A stretch of 54,011 nucleotides of DNA from a virus (lineage: Duplodnaviria; Caudoviricetes), in IMG/VR virus record IMGVR_UViG_3300003465_000009, positions 1 through 54,011 of that record; one strand, written 5' to 3'. The notes below the pieces were generated by a model. The model was not told the DNA's origin. It did not search any database and was given only the letters and a program-made list of their open reading frames with translations. Positions within the stretch are counted from its first letter, which is position 1, and every line of letters starts with the position of its first letter. The position numbers and the translations under genes were made by a program. Below are positions 17,136 through 27,576 of the stretch, one piece after another.

Positions 17136-18796
17136 CACGACGCCTTCGGATTCGACTTGAATTTCGTGGCCAGCCGTCGCAACAGCGAGATCTCCCGCAG
17201 CTCGTCGTATGTCAACGATTCCTTTGCCCGCTCCCGGTTGCGTGAGATGGTAGTCGTGGTCCCCGATTCCTTGCTGACTGACCACGTAATCTCAGGAATA
17301 GCCCCGCTTGCTCCAATGAGAACCAAACCGGCGTACACTCGCGAGCCCGGCGTGAGAATTTCGTAGCGAGCGATTTCTTCATCGAGATATGCGTTGCCGT
17401 GCCGCTCGATCTGCGTCAAGTTGTTCTTATCAGTGACCGTACTTCCGATGGTTGAATGCCAATACTTGGCGGCAATGTCATCGCGCCGCACGTAATGCGG
17501 TGGCGTTCCGAGCGGTCTGGAACCTGGCTTTCTTTTGATTTCGTGACGAATGAATGCCCCAGTTTCTTTGTCTCGCACCGACACGCCAGTTCGCAAAATC
17601 AATTGGCCGCCACGGATTTGGGTTTGCGATAGATCACCAGGGTTGTTGATGTCGACGTCCACCCCCTGCGCGTTGGTGATGCGAAATAATGGTTCACTCG
17701 TATGGATGATCCCTCGCTCCCGGTCGATCGTAAACCCGCGGGTGAACTCAGCCATGACGCCGAACTTCGTCTGGAGAAAGTACGGAACCGGCTTTAAGTC
17801 CGGCTCGCCTTGATAGAACTTGGCGAATAGTTTGGCCGGCGGCTTCTCGGTAAGCGTTTTGTCGATATTCACCGACTGAACCATCCGATCGTGCAATGGC
17901 AGTATTAACTCTCGGTGCTCGATCTTGTGCCCCCACTGTTTGATCGGAAGTTTCGGACGCCAGTATCGAAACACCTGATCCTTGGCATGTTCACGATATT
18001 TCAGCGCGACGTTCGGCCAGTCGGGAGGATGATCTTTTTCAAACCCACCCGGCGGCTTCCATGACACGTCTTCAAGTGGCAAGAATTTTCCTTTGTCTGA
18101 CCCATTCAATTCTTCCGCGACCGGCTCAAGTTCGATGTCCATTTCCCAGATAGTATCGCCGAACTGAAAGATGAACTCATCCGGCAGCTCCGGCGGATCG
18201 ACCGTGAGCGAGTCGGCTTTGATGTCCCCGTTGGGAAGTGGCGGACCGACGCCAACGACAACGATCGTCGCCTTGTTGGTAATCGGATCGAGCGTCGGCC
18301 GGCACCCACGCGACTCGCATAACCGGGTGAGCATTTCCGCCGGCAGACCTTCCCAAACGCATTCTGGCCGCGCATCGTTGGGGAGCGCTGAAACGACAGC
18401 GCCTGCCTCTCGCATTGCCGCCCAACAGAGATTCGCTAATTCCTGCGGAGTCTTTTCGTTGCGCAGCTTTCGTTGAACTTCCTCGCCCTCGCGATAATTG
18501 TATCGGCCGCGGATGTCGCCATCCTGCCATCGCCAGCGACGATCGGCGATGTGGTACTGAATCTGCTGGCCCGACTCGGTCGCCACCATTTCGAGGTCAA
18601 TGAGGTAGCAGTCCGGCAGTTGGATGGCGATGCCGCCGTAGGAAATCACGAGCGTCCCGATTTTCGGGTACGGTCCGCTTTGCAACGGAGCCGCGAGCGT
18701 CGCGATCGACGGCGTCGTTCCATGCTTCCAAGTCAACGTCCCTGACTGAACGCCAAAGATACCGGGAAACGTGAATAAGCCACCAGGAGCGGACAT
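17135..18796 (-). CDS. tail tip/hub-like protein
   Basis: 553 aa downstream of tape measure; assignment is positional. Confidence 0.6.
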   Translation of the reverse strand: MSAPGGLFTFPGIFGVQSGTLTWKHGTTPSIATLAAPLQSGPYPKIGTLVISYGGIAIQLPDCYLIDLEMVATESGQQIQYHIADRRWRWQDGDIRGRYNYREGEEVQRKLRNEKTPQELANLCWAAMREAGAVVSALPNDARPECVWEGLPAEMLTRLCESRGCRPTLDPITNKATIVVVGVGPPLPNGDIKADSLTVDPPELPDEFIFQFGDTIWEMDIELEPVAEELNGSDKGKFLPLEDVSWKPPGGFEKDHPPDWPNVALKYREHAKDQVFRYWRPKLPIKQWGHKIEHRELILPLHDRMVQSVNIDKTLTEKPPAKLFAKFYQGEPDLKPVPYFLQTKFGVMAEFTRGFTIDRERGIIHTSEPLFRITNAQGVDVDINNPGDLSQTQIRGGQLILRTGVSVRDKETGAFIRHEIKRKPGSRPLGTPPHYVRRDDIAAKYWHSTIGSTVTDKNNLTQIERHGNAYLDEEIARYEILTPGSRVYAGLVLIGASGAIPEITWSVSKESGTTTTISRNRERAKESLTYDELREISLLRRLATKFKSNPKAS

Positions 18797-18811
18797 GCGT
18801 TGACTTTCTCT

Positions 18812-21800
18812 TTATGCAGCACGGAACACGACAATACCGTCTTGCGGCAATCCTGCGACCGGTCCGGCGTTGTGGTAATAAACTGCGAACTCGCCCGTCA
18901 AATAGGTCAGTGTCGTGACGTGTCGCATGTCGTTCTCGACTTTGGCGTCCTTCCCATAGACGTCGATGGCGATGGCAACAGAACGATCGGCCAGTGAGTG
19001 ACCGAACTGCAGAATCGCCTCATTGGCGACTTCGATCGAGCCAACGCGGCCCCAGAACCCGCCGGAGCTATAAGCGGTGTAGCCGGTTGAGTCCACGCCA
19101 ATTAGTTTGAAGTTGTCCACGTCGACCACTTCCACCGTTGCCTCGGTCTGATTCAACTCCGTCATGCCGACGATTCCAGCGATGCGGACTTTGTCTCCGG
19201 TAGCGAGTCCGTGATCTTCCGATTCGATGACGCACGGATCGGCTTGCGAAGCGTCGGTGATCGCTCCCCACTCGCCCAGCAGCCCGCTGGTCGAGCTGAT
19301 GACCAACCCGCCGCGTTGGATGTATTCGCGGATGTTGCCCGCTCCAGTGATGTTCACGTCGCCGGCGATGTTTTTGAACAGCGTCACGCTTGTCCCGGAT
19401 GCGGTGTCGAGTGACAAAGCGCCGCCCGTTTTCTCGATCGCTACCGGCGTGCAACCCGGACCGACCACAACGCGCACATCCGTTTCGACGTTTCCGCGGT
19501 GAGCAATGCACAGCGTCGCCACGCTCGCTGTCTCGCCTGGGAAGTAAGCGATACCCAGTGAGCCACGGTAAGCCTCGACGCGATTCTCGGCGTGACTTCC
19601 AATCCACAGTAGCGCCGGCGTGGCGCCATCTTCCGGCGTGCCGGTATGATGATTAACGAGCGTCGTCTTTTTCGTGCCCGTGTCGAGGTTGATAAACGGA
19701 GAACCATTTCCTTCTCCCTCGCCAACGTGGATGTAAAGCGTATCGGATGAACCGTCGCCATTTGTTCCAAGTGTGAGTTTGGTATCAAGGTTCTCGTAAT
19801 AGTCTCCGTTATGCGGCTTCAGACCGACCGGGGCTGTGTAGCTCGCATAGAAGTGACAACTTGCAGGCGTGATTTCTGGGTGGTTGATGTCATACAGGCA
19901 AGGCACGTCCGAGTCTCGCCACACAAGATCCTGATTGTCGGCCGGCAGACCCAGCGTCCAGTTTCCGGCAAGGTAGAAATGATTCGGGCTCTCTGCGTCT
20001 TGAATTGGAGTTGACGCGAAATCCTGTGTGCCGCTGCCGGTGAGCGACGCCCCGCTTCCGGTCATTTCAGCCACGTTAGTTGCGGCATAGGTGCCAGTGA
20101 ACGTCACGAGGAACGGCCCGCCGTCATCGCCAGTCACCGAAAAATCACCCGGTGCCGGAGTAGCCAGACCTTCGAGCGCCGTCTGGACCGTCGCCGCCGA
20201 TGCGTTGTAGGCAATCGCGCCGGTCGTTTCAGCGCCGCCGCCCGGATTCCAAGACAGTGTGAAAGTGCCGCCCTCCGCGGTTGGATCGACGGTCACCAAC
20301 TGCACCTCATTGACCGCTGCTGACGAACTCTGAGTCGTTGCGATGTCGACACGCGAGCCGGTGAGCGACGCCCCGCTTCCGGTCATTTCCCCAACGTCGC
20401 CTGACGGATTCGAGAACGTCACGGTGTACGGACCGCCGGCATTCCCAGTGACTGCGACCGCGGTGATGTTCGACAACGCCTCCAGTGCCGTCTCGACAGT
20501 ACCGGCCGCGGCATCGAAAGCAATCGCGCCTGTGGTCTGTCCTTCGAACGACAGAGTAAACGTGCCGGCTGTGGGACCGTTGTTGATCGTGACTCGCTGC
20601 ACCTCGGCCACGCCGCTAGCGCTGCCCTCGGTGATTGTCTCGACCGAACCGTTTCCATCGCCAGCTCCGGGAACGGCCTCGATCGTCGGCTCAGACATAT
20701 CCGTCGCTGCATACAATCCGGTGAACTCAACCTGCACAACCCAGACACTGCTGGTACTGGACTGAGTGGTGATCGTGAAGTTGCTTCCAATCTGCCCAGA
20801 TAGATACCCAGTTAGTTGGGCCTCATTGAACGCCTGCTGCCCGCCCTGCAGCGGCATTGAATCGAGAAAGTATTCATCGGCCGTGACGCTAAACAATACC
20901 GTTCCGCTGGCGGTGTCCCATTCGAATGTCCACTCTTGAACCTCACTCGTGCTCGACGTTCCGTCGGTTACCGTCTGAACGGTCACACTCGCCGCGCCCG
21001 TCAAGCTCCCGCCGTTGCCAGTCATCAACGCCACGTTCGTGCCGGCCAGTGCGCTCACAAACTCAACAACCCACGGTCCGCCCGCGCTGCCTGTGACTGA
21101 GACGTCGGCAGCGACGCCGGCCACATTCGTGCTCGGCACCACGGTGCCACCGGTCGCGTTAGTATTGTCGATTGAAACCTGAGTGCGATTACTGCGACCC
21201 AACGCTTGGCGGAATGTGATGACGATCGGCGTCGTATTGAGAGGACCGCCGGACGTCGTCACGTCATTGACTGCAATATTCGACAACGCCTCAAGCGTCG
21301 TCTTCAGAGTCGCCGCCGAGACATTGAACGCGATACCGGCCGCCGTCTGCCCTTCGAATGTCAAATCAAAAGTGCCACCGCTGGCTGTGCTCGTCAGCGT
21401 CTGCTGCTCGTCCGTGCCAAGGATGTTCGAGAGGTCGCACAATGCATCTCGCACGGTGTAGTTGGTAGCGTTGTAGGCAATCGCCGCCGACGTTTGACCG
21501 GAGAAAGTGAGAGTGAACGTGCCACCCCCTGGAGGTCCAGGCAGAGTCACCGATTGTTTTTCGTTCGCAGCTGCGTTCCCCTGCACGAGCGTGCTGACGT
21601 CTACCTCCAACGCTCCAGCATCGCCGGCCGAAAGGACTGCCTCAAATGGTTTGCCGTCCTCGTCGCCTGTAACTGTGATTGACACGATCTCGTCCGCGTT
21701 GTCTTCGTCAGAAACCAACTCAAGAGTGAACGGCTCGAACTCAGCGATTGAATCCTGCAGCGCGACAACGGCTGCGTAAATCCCGCGCATCGCGACGGAG

Positions 21801-21973
21801 CTTGTGGTTTGAGTGCCCTCCGCCTCGTCGACGTCATCCTGAGTAAGGATGTACTCGGCACGCTTCTTGCCGATTGCCACGACGAACTCGTCACCGATTT
21901 CCGCATCGGTGATAACCCATGACTCGATTTGCGGGACAGCCATCGCGTCCCCGCGCCAGATATTGAATGCCAT
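18812..21973 (-). CDS. large acidic repeat-containing tail protein with C-terminal E1-FCCH-like domain
   Basis: about 5 repeats of NEVQ..GGTFTL.F.GQTT..IA.NA...ALEAL; C-terminal HGLATGDKVRIAGIVGMTELN...DSTGYTAYSSGG; GGAGAGG RBS. Confidence 0.8.
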   Translation of the reverse strand: MAFNIWRGDAMAVPQIESWVITDAEIGDEFVVAIGKKRAEYILTQDDVDEAEGTQTTSSVAMRGIYAAVVALQDSIAEFEPFTLELVSDEDNADEIVSITVTGDEDGKPFEAVLSAGDAGALEVDVSTLVQGNAAANEKQSVTLPGPPGGGTFTLTFSGQTSAAIAYNATNYTVRDALCDLSNILGTDEQQTLTSTASGGTFDLTFEGQTAAGIAFNVSAATLKTTLEALSNIAVNDVTTSGGPLNTTPIVITFRQALGRSNRTQVSIDNTNATGGTVVPSTNVAGVAADVSVTGSAGGPWVVEFVSALAGTNVALMTGNGGSLTGAASVTVQTVTDGTSSTSEVQEWTFEWDTASGTVLFSVTADEYFLDSMPLQGGQQAFNEAQLTGYLSGQIGSNFTITTQSSTSSVWVVQVEFTGLYAATDMSEPTIEAVPGAGDGNGSVETITEGSASGVAEVQRVTINNGPTAGTFTLSFEGQTTGAIAFDAAAGTVETALEALSNITAVAVTGNAGGPYTVTFSNPSGDVGEMTGSGASLTGSRVDIATTQSSSAAVNEVQLVTVDPTAEGGTFTLSWNPGGGAETTGAIAYNASAATVQTALEGLATPAPGDFSVTGDDGGPFLVTFTGTYAATNVAEMTGSGASLTGSGTQDFASTPIQDAESPNHFYLAGNWTLGLPADNQDLVWRDSDVPCLYDINHPEITPASCHFYASYTAPVGLKPHNGDYYENLDTKLTLGTNGDGSSDTLYIHVGEGEGNGSPFINLDTGTKKTTLVNHHTGTPEDGATPALLWIGSHAENRVEAYRGSLGIAYFPGETASVATLCIAHRGNVETDVRVVVGPGCTPVAIEKTGGALSLDTASGTSVTLFKNIAGDVNITGAGNIREYIQRGGLVISSTSGLLGEWGAITDASQADPCVIESEDHGLATGDKVRIAGIVGMTELNQTEATVEVVDVDNFKLIGVDSTGYTAYSSGGFWGRVGSIEVANEAILQFGHSLADRSVAIAIDVYGKDAKVENDMRHVTTLTYLTGEFAVYYHNAGPVAGLPQDGIVVFRAA
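20036..20389. repeat. 33-bp exact direct repeat inside the tail-protein repeats
   Basis: GCCGGTGAGCGACGCCCCGCTTCCGGTCATTTC at 20036-20068 and 20357-20389. Confidence 0.85.
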
Positions 21974-21996
21974 CGTGGCCTCTCCTTGCTTCCGTG

Positions 21997-22752
21997 TTAA
22001 AAGATATTTCGACGCCAGATATTGGGGCGTCCGCTCAATCTGGTTTCCGATGCATACAGCCACGTCCAGCTAATCGGGAAGTTGCAGAGATCGTTTCCGA
22101 TTACTTCCGGGTGACCGTAAATCACCAACGGATCTTCATTGACCAAAGCAAACGGCCAAAGCGGTCGCGGTACTTGCGGATACCCATACAAACCGATCGC
22201 CGTTCCTGATTGCGTTGCTCGATACGCTTGATAGCGCTGCAGCCGTTGCCGGACCGCGCGAGTTTCGAGCGTCTCCTGCATACCGTACTTTGCCCCGGCC
22301 GGCTCAAACCGAACTTCTTCCGTGAACTTCGACAGCAGCGATTTCAGGTTCGATGAGTCAACAGGGACTCGCCCGCCAACCTTGACCGTCATTGTGCGTT
22401 TCGTGACGTGCTCCGCCCCTTTACTATCCGGCCATTGCGGTGGCTCCAGGATGCGGACACCGCCCAGGCACTGACTGTTCAACAGAACGATATGCGAGTT
22501 GGTGCCGTTCAAATGCTGGTAGCGGATGTCCAGATTGTTTCGTGCGAACAGCTGCGCAACTGCATTCGTCTGGGACGTGATGTCGGCGATTTGCTGATTG
22601 TGCGTCGCCCGCTGAGTCGTAATGAAGATGCTGATCTCAAGTGTGACGTCGTGCGCCCAGATCTCGCGCAGGTCGTTAAGCACCGGATCTTGTCGGATAG
22701 CGACGCCGGCCGAACCGCGTGCAAGTCTCGTAGTTCCGACTTTGAGGTACAT
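21997..22752 (-). CDS. distal tail-like protein
   Basis: 251 aa directly after the tape measure gene. Confidence 0.6.
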   Translation of the reverse strand: MYLKVGTTRLARGSAGVAIRQDPVLNDLREIWAHDVTLEISIFITTQRATHNQQIADITSQTNAVAQLFARNNLDIRYQHLNGTNSHIVLLNSQCLGGVRILEPPQWPDSKGAEHVTKRTMTVKVGGRVPVDSSNLKSLLSKFTEEVRFEPAGAKYGMQETLETRAVRQRLQRYQAYRATQSGTAIGLYGYPQVPRPLWPFALVNEDPLVIYGHPEVIGNDLCNFPISWTWLYASETRLSGRPNIWRRNIF

Positions 22753-22754
22753 AA

Positions 22755-25700
22755 CTATTTACGCGCCAGCGCCCCCTGGGTTGCTCGTGCGTTCGCGCCA
22801 GTGTTGGCAGCCGCCATCTGCTTTCGGAAATCCTCCGTCACCTGCCGAGCGAGATCGACCTTGATTTGCTCGACCAGAGGTAGAAGCGTGTTGACGATCG
22901 CCGTAGCCATCGCTGGCACGTTGGCATCGAGCTTCGCCGTGAAGTCCAGTTTGTTCTTTAATTCGATGTCAAGTTTCTTTCTGGCAGCGTCCGCGATATT
23001 CGCGTCGGTACGATCATCCCTTCCGAACGCGGTATCGAACCCAGCACGCTTCGCAGCTGTACGCGCACCAGACGATGCCGCGGCCACGTCATCACTCAAG
23101 CCTAGGGACTTGAGTCGGCCTCTTTCTTCGCGGGTCAAAGCATTCCCGGCAGCGTCAGTGCGTTTCTGGCGCAACTGCGCGAGATTGGCTTGCTCTGCGT
23201 CGGTTAGACCGCCCGGTGATTCCGCCTTTTTGTTCAGCGTGTCGAACTTCGCTTTTTCATTCGGTGACAGAGCCTTGTCGGCAGCCGCGTTCGACTTGGC
23301 CTTGGCCCTCATCGCCAACTGCTGATCGAGTAGCGTCATTTCCCCGAAAGCCTCCGCGGCCGACTTCACCCGACCTTCGGCGTCTCGCTTCTGCTGACTG
23401 CGCATTTCAATCTCGGAACGCAAACTGGAAATCGCTTCCTCGTTTGCCCGCCGTCGCTCGTCACCAATCTGTTGCTCGATCGACAGACGTTCGCGACCCA
23501 GATCGAGCATCCGTTGGTGCACTTCCGCGATACGCTGAGAGACGGCCTGCTTCTCCGCGTCAGAACCCTTTGTTTCAAGTTGCTTTTGCTGAGCAAGCAA
23601 TCCATTGAGTTCCTTTTGGGACTCGACACGAGAATCCTTGTTCACACTTTTGCGAGCCTCGATCTCCGGTGACACAGCCGCCACCGAAACGGACCGCTGC
23701 ATTTTGCTCAGCTCGCGAATGCGGCCCTCTAACAGTCTCGCTATTGGTTTGGAGCCATCTGGCAAGTCAGCCAACCGTCTCTGGGTTGCGTCAATTTCAC
23801 GCTGCAGAGTTTTCAACTGGCGAGTCGCTGCGTTATCTCGCGGCGCAGCATCTAGTCGCAGCTGAGTGGTGACATCGCGGCGTCGATCCGTCGCGGTGAA
23901 ATCCGACCGCATGCGATCGGCGCGAATGCCTCCTTGCTCCTCCTGAAACGCACGATTCGCTGTCCGTCGTTCGCGAGCTTTGACCGCCTTGTCGGCGGAA
24001 ATGTCATCGGACGCAGCCTGAGTGAATGGCTGTAGCGGATTCGAGCCCAACCCGCCGGCAATCTTCCCCGGCAGACCCATCAACGTCCCGCTCAGCATCC
24101 GCATCATGCTTTGGGTGTTTTCAACCCCCAGCATTTTGATCGCACCGACACCGATACTGGCTTCCTTCTCTGCGATCTTCCCGGCGATAGTGTCTTGGCG
24201 AGCGCCGCCACCGAACCCGAATTTGGCGGCCTCTTTGAATGTGCTGCTCGCGGACAGGATTCCGGCTGCACCGCCGACGAACGCTGCGACGGCGGCCCCA
24301 AAGGTGATGGCCGCGCCACCGACCGCGGGAACTGCGCCAGCGCCAGCGATGCCGGCCGATCCAGCGGACGCCGCGCCACGAACTGCAGTAGACCCGGCCG
24401 TCGCAGCGCTCGTAGCCGCGGACGCTGCACCGCCACCCGCTCCGGCTACACGCGCCGTAGCAAGCCTGCCATGCGCCGCAGCTGCAGCCGTCGCCGCTTG
24501 GGCCTCGGCTGTGAGAGATACGATATGGCGAGCGTTCGCGGCGGCAGCGATTTCAGCTGCCAGTTTTGCCGCCGTGTTCGCCTCGGACCACAGGTGAGTT
24601 GCGTCTGTGATTCCCTTAACGACCTTGGCTCCGCCGACAATGATGTCGAACCCGGACTGGATCTTGATCCAGCCTTCGAGTAAATCCTTGGTGGATTCTT
24701 CGCCGACTAGACCCAACTGCAGGAACCCGCGAGTCGCTTGACCGATCGAACCCGCGACGCCCATGACTTTATTCGACAGCGCCGCGTTGGCTTGATTCAC
24801 GGTGGCGACGTTGCGGGAGTAGTCGCTTTCCATCGCGCGAGACTGAGCCAGAGCTTCGCGAGCCTCGGCGTCACGCGCCGCGCGATTCGCCTTGGCGATG
24901 CTTAACTGCCGCGCACGATGGCGACCGTGCTGACGATCGGCCTCGCGGTCCGCCTCTTGCGCCGCACGCGCCACTTCCTTGGCTTCCCCCTCCCGAGCTG
25001 CACGGTTCGCCTTCGCCGTCGACAACTGCCGGGCTCGATGGCGAGAATGCAATCGCTCCTGCTCGGCGTCCTCGGCCGCGATTTGTTTTTTCAGCACCGC
25101 ATCGAAACTCAACAGCTCCCGAATGGACGATGTGATGACCACTTGGCGAGCCTTCAACGTCTTCTGCACCGCGGTGCTCTCGACCGCATGGGCCTGCCCG
25201 GCTGCCGCCTTGGTTTCATTGAGCAACACCTGCAGCGACTGTGCCTTCGCCTGGACCGCCTTGCGGAACTCGGCGAGATCCTTTCCCTGGAGGTTACCCA
25301 CCGCGGTGAAGTAAGACGTCTCGTTTTTGATCTTCCGCTGAATCACCGCCTCTTGCTCGTCAAGCGATGACTGAGCGAACTTCTCCGCCTGATCGCTGCC
25401 GGCTGGAACGCCAACCCGCTGAGCGGTTTGGATGTTCGCTTGACGCTGCACCTGTTGACGGTCCGATTCTCTGCTTTGGTCGGCGGCTGCCGCTTGTGAC
25501 TTCGCCAGATCCTTCTTCCGCTTCTCGTGCTCGGCCGCTTGCTGGCGAACATTGGTCTCGCGTTCACGCCGCTCGTCATCCTCCGCCAGCTTGCGCCGTC
25601 GGGCCTCTGCTGCGCTCATTCCGGCGTCAAACGAATCAGACACCGTTGGAGCCGATGACCGCGTCCGCGAAGCCCTGCGAGCCTCGGGTGGACGTCCCGG

Positions 25701-26276
25701 ACCTTGCAACTGCGAATGATGCTTTTGCAGTTGAGATCGCTCGGACTCCAGCATCTCGGTCAGCGACTTGCGCCGAACGTCGGCGACGGCGTCCATGTGG
25801 CCTTTGTGTGCCGATACTTCGGTCGATCGCCACTCATCCACTTGCGCCGCCAGCTGCTCACCGGCCGACATGGGAACCTGCTGGGCAGTCGAACCAGCGC
25901 CGCCTCGCGAACGAGATCCCGCCCCGACCCCCACTGTGACCGGCGTTGGCGAGTAGACACCCGACGTCGGCGCTTTGACGGGTGCCGCCATCCGGCGCAG
26001 CGATTCCATTTCCGCTTTCGCCGTAGCTACCATCCCGCTAATCGTCGACGTGAACGATCGCTCGGCCGCGGAGATACTCGACGCCATTCCCTTCGAGATG
26101 ACGTCGGCCGCTTCCTTCGCCCGTCGGCCGACAAGCGACATGGAGCGTTCAAGGTTTCTCTGGATCTGCAGCGCAGAGTCGCCCAAATCCTTGAGCGAGC
26201 GCTTTGACTCAGGATGCGCGGCGACGCCTACTCGAAAGAGGACGTCTTTGTCGCCTTTTCCTTTGCTTTTGGCCAC
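22755..26276 (-). CDS. tail tape measure protein
   Basis: 1173 aa, Ala-rich helical/coiled-coil, follows the G/GT chaperones. Confidence 0.8.
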   Translation of the reverse strand: MAKSKGKGDKDVLFRVGVAAHPESKRSLKDLGDSALQIQRNLERSMSLVGRRAKEAADVISKGMASSISAAERSFTSTISGMVATAKAEMESLRRMAAPVKAPTSGVYSPTPVTVGVGAGSRSRGGAGSTAQQVPMSAGEQLAAQVDEWRSTEVSAHKGHMDAVADVRRKSLTEMLESERSQLQKHHSQLQGPGRPPEARRASRTRSSAPTVSDSFDAGMSAAEARRRKLAEDDERRERETNVRQQAAEHEKRKKDLAKSQAAAADQSRESDRQQVQRQANIQTAQRVGVPAGSDQAEKFAQSSLDEQEAVIQRKIKNETSYFTAVGNLQGKDLAEFRKAVQAKAQSLQVLLNETKAAAGQAHAVESTAVQKTLKARQVVITSSIRELLSFDAVLKKQIAAEDAEQERLHSRHRARQLSTAKANRAAREGEAKEVARAAQEADREADRQHGRHRARQLSIAKANRAARDAEAREALAQSRAMESDYSRNVATVNQANAALSNKVMGVAGSIGQATRGFLQLGLVGEESTKDLLEGWIKIQSGFDIIVGGAKVVKGITDATHLWSEANTAAKLAAEIAAAANARHIVSLTAEAQAATAAAAAHGRLATARVAGAGGGAASAATSAATAGSTAVRGAASAGSAGIAGAGAVPAVGGAAITFGAAVAAFVGGAAGILSASSTFKEAAKFGFGGGARQDTIAGKIAEKEASIGVGAIKMLGVENTQSMMRMLSGTLMGLPGKIAGGLGSNPLQPFTQAASDDISADKAVKARERRTANRAFQEEQGGIRADRMRSDFTATDRRRDVTTQLRLDAAPRDNAATRQLKTLQREIDATQRRLADLPDGSKPIARLLEGRIRELSKMQRSVSVAAVSPEIEARKSVNKDSRVESQKELNGLLAQQKQLETKGSDAEKQAVSQRIAEVHQRMLDLGRERLSIEQQIGDERRRANEEAISSLRSEIEMRSQQKRDAEGRVKSAAEAFGEMTLLDQQLAMRAKAKSNAAADKALSPNEKAKFDTLNKKAESPGGLTDAEQANLAQLRQKRTDAAGNALTREERGRLKSLGLSDDVAAASSGARTAAKRAGFDTAFGRDDRTDANIADAARKKLDIELKNKLDFTAKLDANVPAMATAIVNTLLPLVEQIKVDLARQVTEDFRKQMAAANTGANARATQGALARK

Positions 26277-26279
26277 AGG

Positions 26280-27172
26280 TCACCTTGAACATGCTTTGAC
26301 GACTGACAGGATTTGCTCGATCGACTCCGCCCGCTCCGCGTCGCGGAACAAACTGTCCAAATGGCGGAAGGCGATGCACGCCAACTCATCCGGCGATTGA
26401 ACGAGTGACCGACCGTGAGTGGCTCTCGCACTGAGGAACGATCGCATCATCCGCTCGTTCCGTTCGCACAACTCAAATTCCGACTCGTGCTCGGGCGAAA
26501 TCTTTGGACACTGAAAACCCAGCTTGCATGGCGGCGGCGTCGGCCGTGGCTGGGGAACGTCTCGGCTACCATCAAAGTAGGTGCCGATTTTCCCCGTCTC
26601 CATGTCATAGACCCACTTCTTGCAGGCATCGCAGCTAATGTTCGCGATGACTGGATGCCGCAAGAGGAAGGCCACGGCCTTTACGAGTTTTTTTCCAACT
26701 CATCAATCATGGCATCAGACACGGACCCGCCGGTCGCGAGTGCATTCAGGACGGCGGCGTCGTGCGACTTTTTGTCCTGCTCGCTCCATGCTGGGTCTCG
26801 GTCGCCCGGATCGCTTCCGTAAACGATCAACCCTAACAGCCGTTGCCAGATCAGCGGCGCTAATTGCTTCACCGATGCTGCATTGATTGGCGCGACCGCC
26901 GGCTTGCTATCCTTGGTGGTCGGTGCCTCCTTGACGTTCCAACTCTTAATGCGGCTGGCGACTGTCTCCGCCATCCGAGCGTCAACCGCCTGCCCGTTGC
27001 TTTGGGCAATCGACAAGAGCGCGTCTTTCTCCGGCCGCGTGAACGGGCGATAGCGAAAACGCATCGGTCCGTGCAAGTTTGGAACGGCCTCGAAATACCC
27101 CGGCAGCGTCCATCCATCGTCTGCCGGGTAGAGGTGAACGTCGTCAAAAAAACTGTGATCGAACTCTCGCAT
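26280..27172 (-). CDS. tail assembly chaperone GT (-1 frameshift fusion of 26681..27172 with 26280..26675)
   Basis: slippery A AAA AAC before the stop; the -1 frame reads K-L-V-K-A-V-A-F-L-L into the downstream ORF. Confidence 0.75.
26681..27172 (-). CDS. tail assembly chaperone G
   Basis: lies between tail tube and tape measure; ends ELEKNS. Confidence 0.75.
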   Translation of the reverse strand: MREFDHSFFDDVHLYPADDGWTLPGYFEAVPNLHGPMRFRYRPFTRPEKDALLSIAQSNGQAVDARMAETVASRIKSWNVKEAPTTKDSKPAVAPINAASVKQLAPLIWQRLLGLIVYGSDPGDRDPAWSEQDKKSHDAAVLNALATGGSVSDAMIDELEKNS

Positions 27173-27174
27173 GA

Positions 27175-27513
27175 TTATCCTGCCTTACTGTCACTTCCCC
27201 CGGCCGCGTCCTTGGCACTCGCTTCGGGCTCCGCGGCCGGCTGCTGTTCATCCGCCGGTTTGCCGGCATCCTTCTTCGCCTTCTCGCGATCGGCCTTTTT
27301 CCGCTCATGTCGAGCGGTGACTTCGGCGTCGCGTTTGCGCTCCAGGTCCGTCAAGCCGAACGTGATGTCGAGCTTTGACAGACCATCGGCCTTGTCGTAG
27401 ACCACTTCATACGCGCGGCCATCCATCACGACCGAATTGCGGAACTGACGCCACAACTCGTCGAGCTTTCCCAGAGCGTTTGGATCATTGCTGTTGAAAA
27501 CTTGCTTCGGCAT
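27175..27513 (-). CDS. hypothetical protein
   Basis: AAGGA RBS; low-complexity C-terminus. Confidence 0.7.
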   Translation of the reverse strand: MPKQVFNSNDPNALGKLDELWRQFRNSVVMDGRAYEVVYDKADGLSKLDITFGLTDLERKRDAEVTARHERKKADREKAKKDAGKPADEQQPAAEPEASAKDAAGGSDSKAG

Positions 27514-27576
27514 GGTCGGTTCCTTGCGGCGTTGGATTGTTTAACGGTCGGTTCGGCTATTGCTCCGATGGAACGA

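Noticed and set aside
24860-25050. Duplicated RHRARQLS.AKANRAAR segment in the tape measure protein
   Set aside because: The duplication is real, but internal repeats are ordinary for tape measure proteins.
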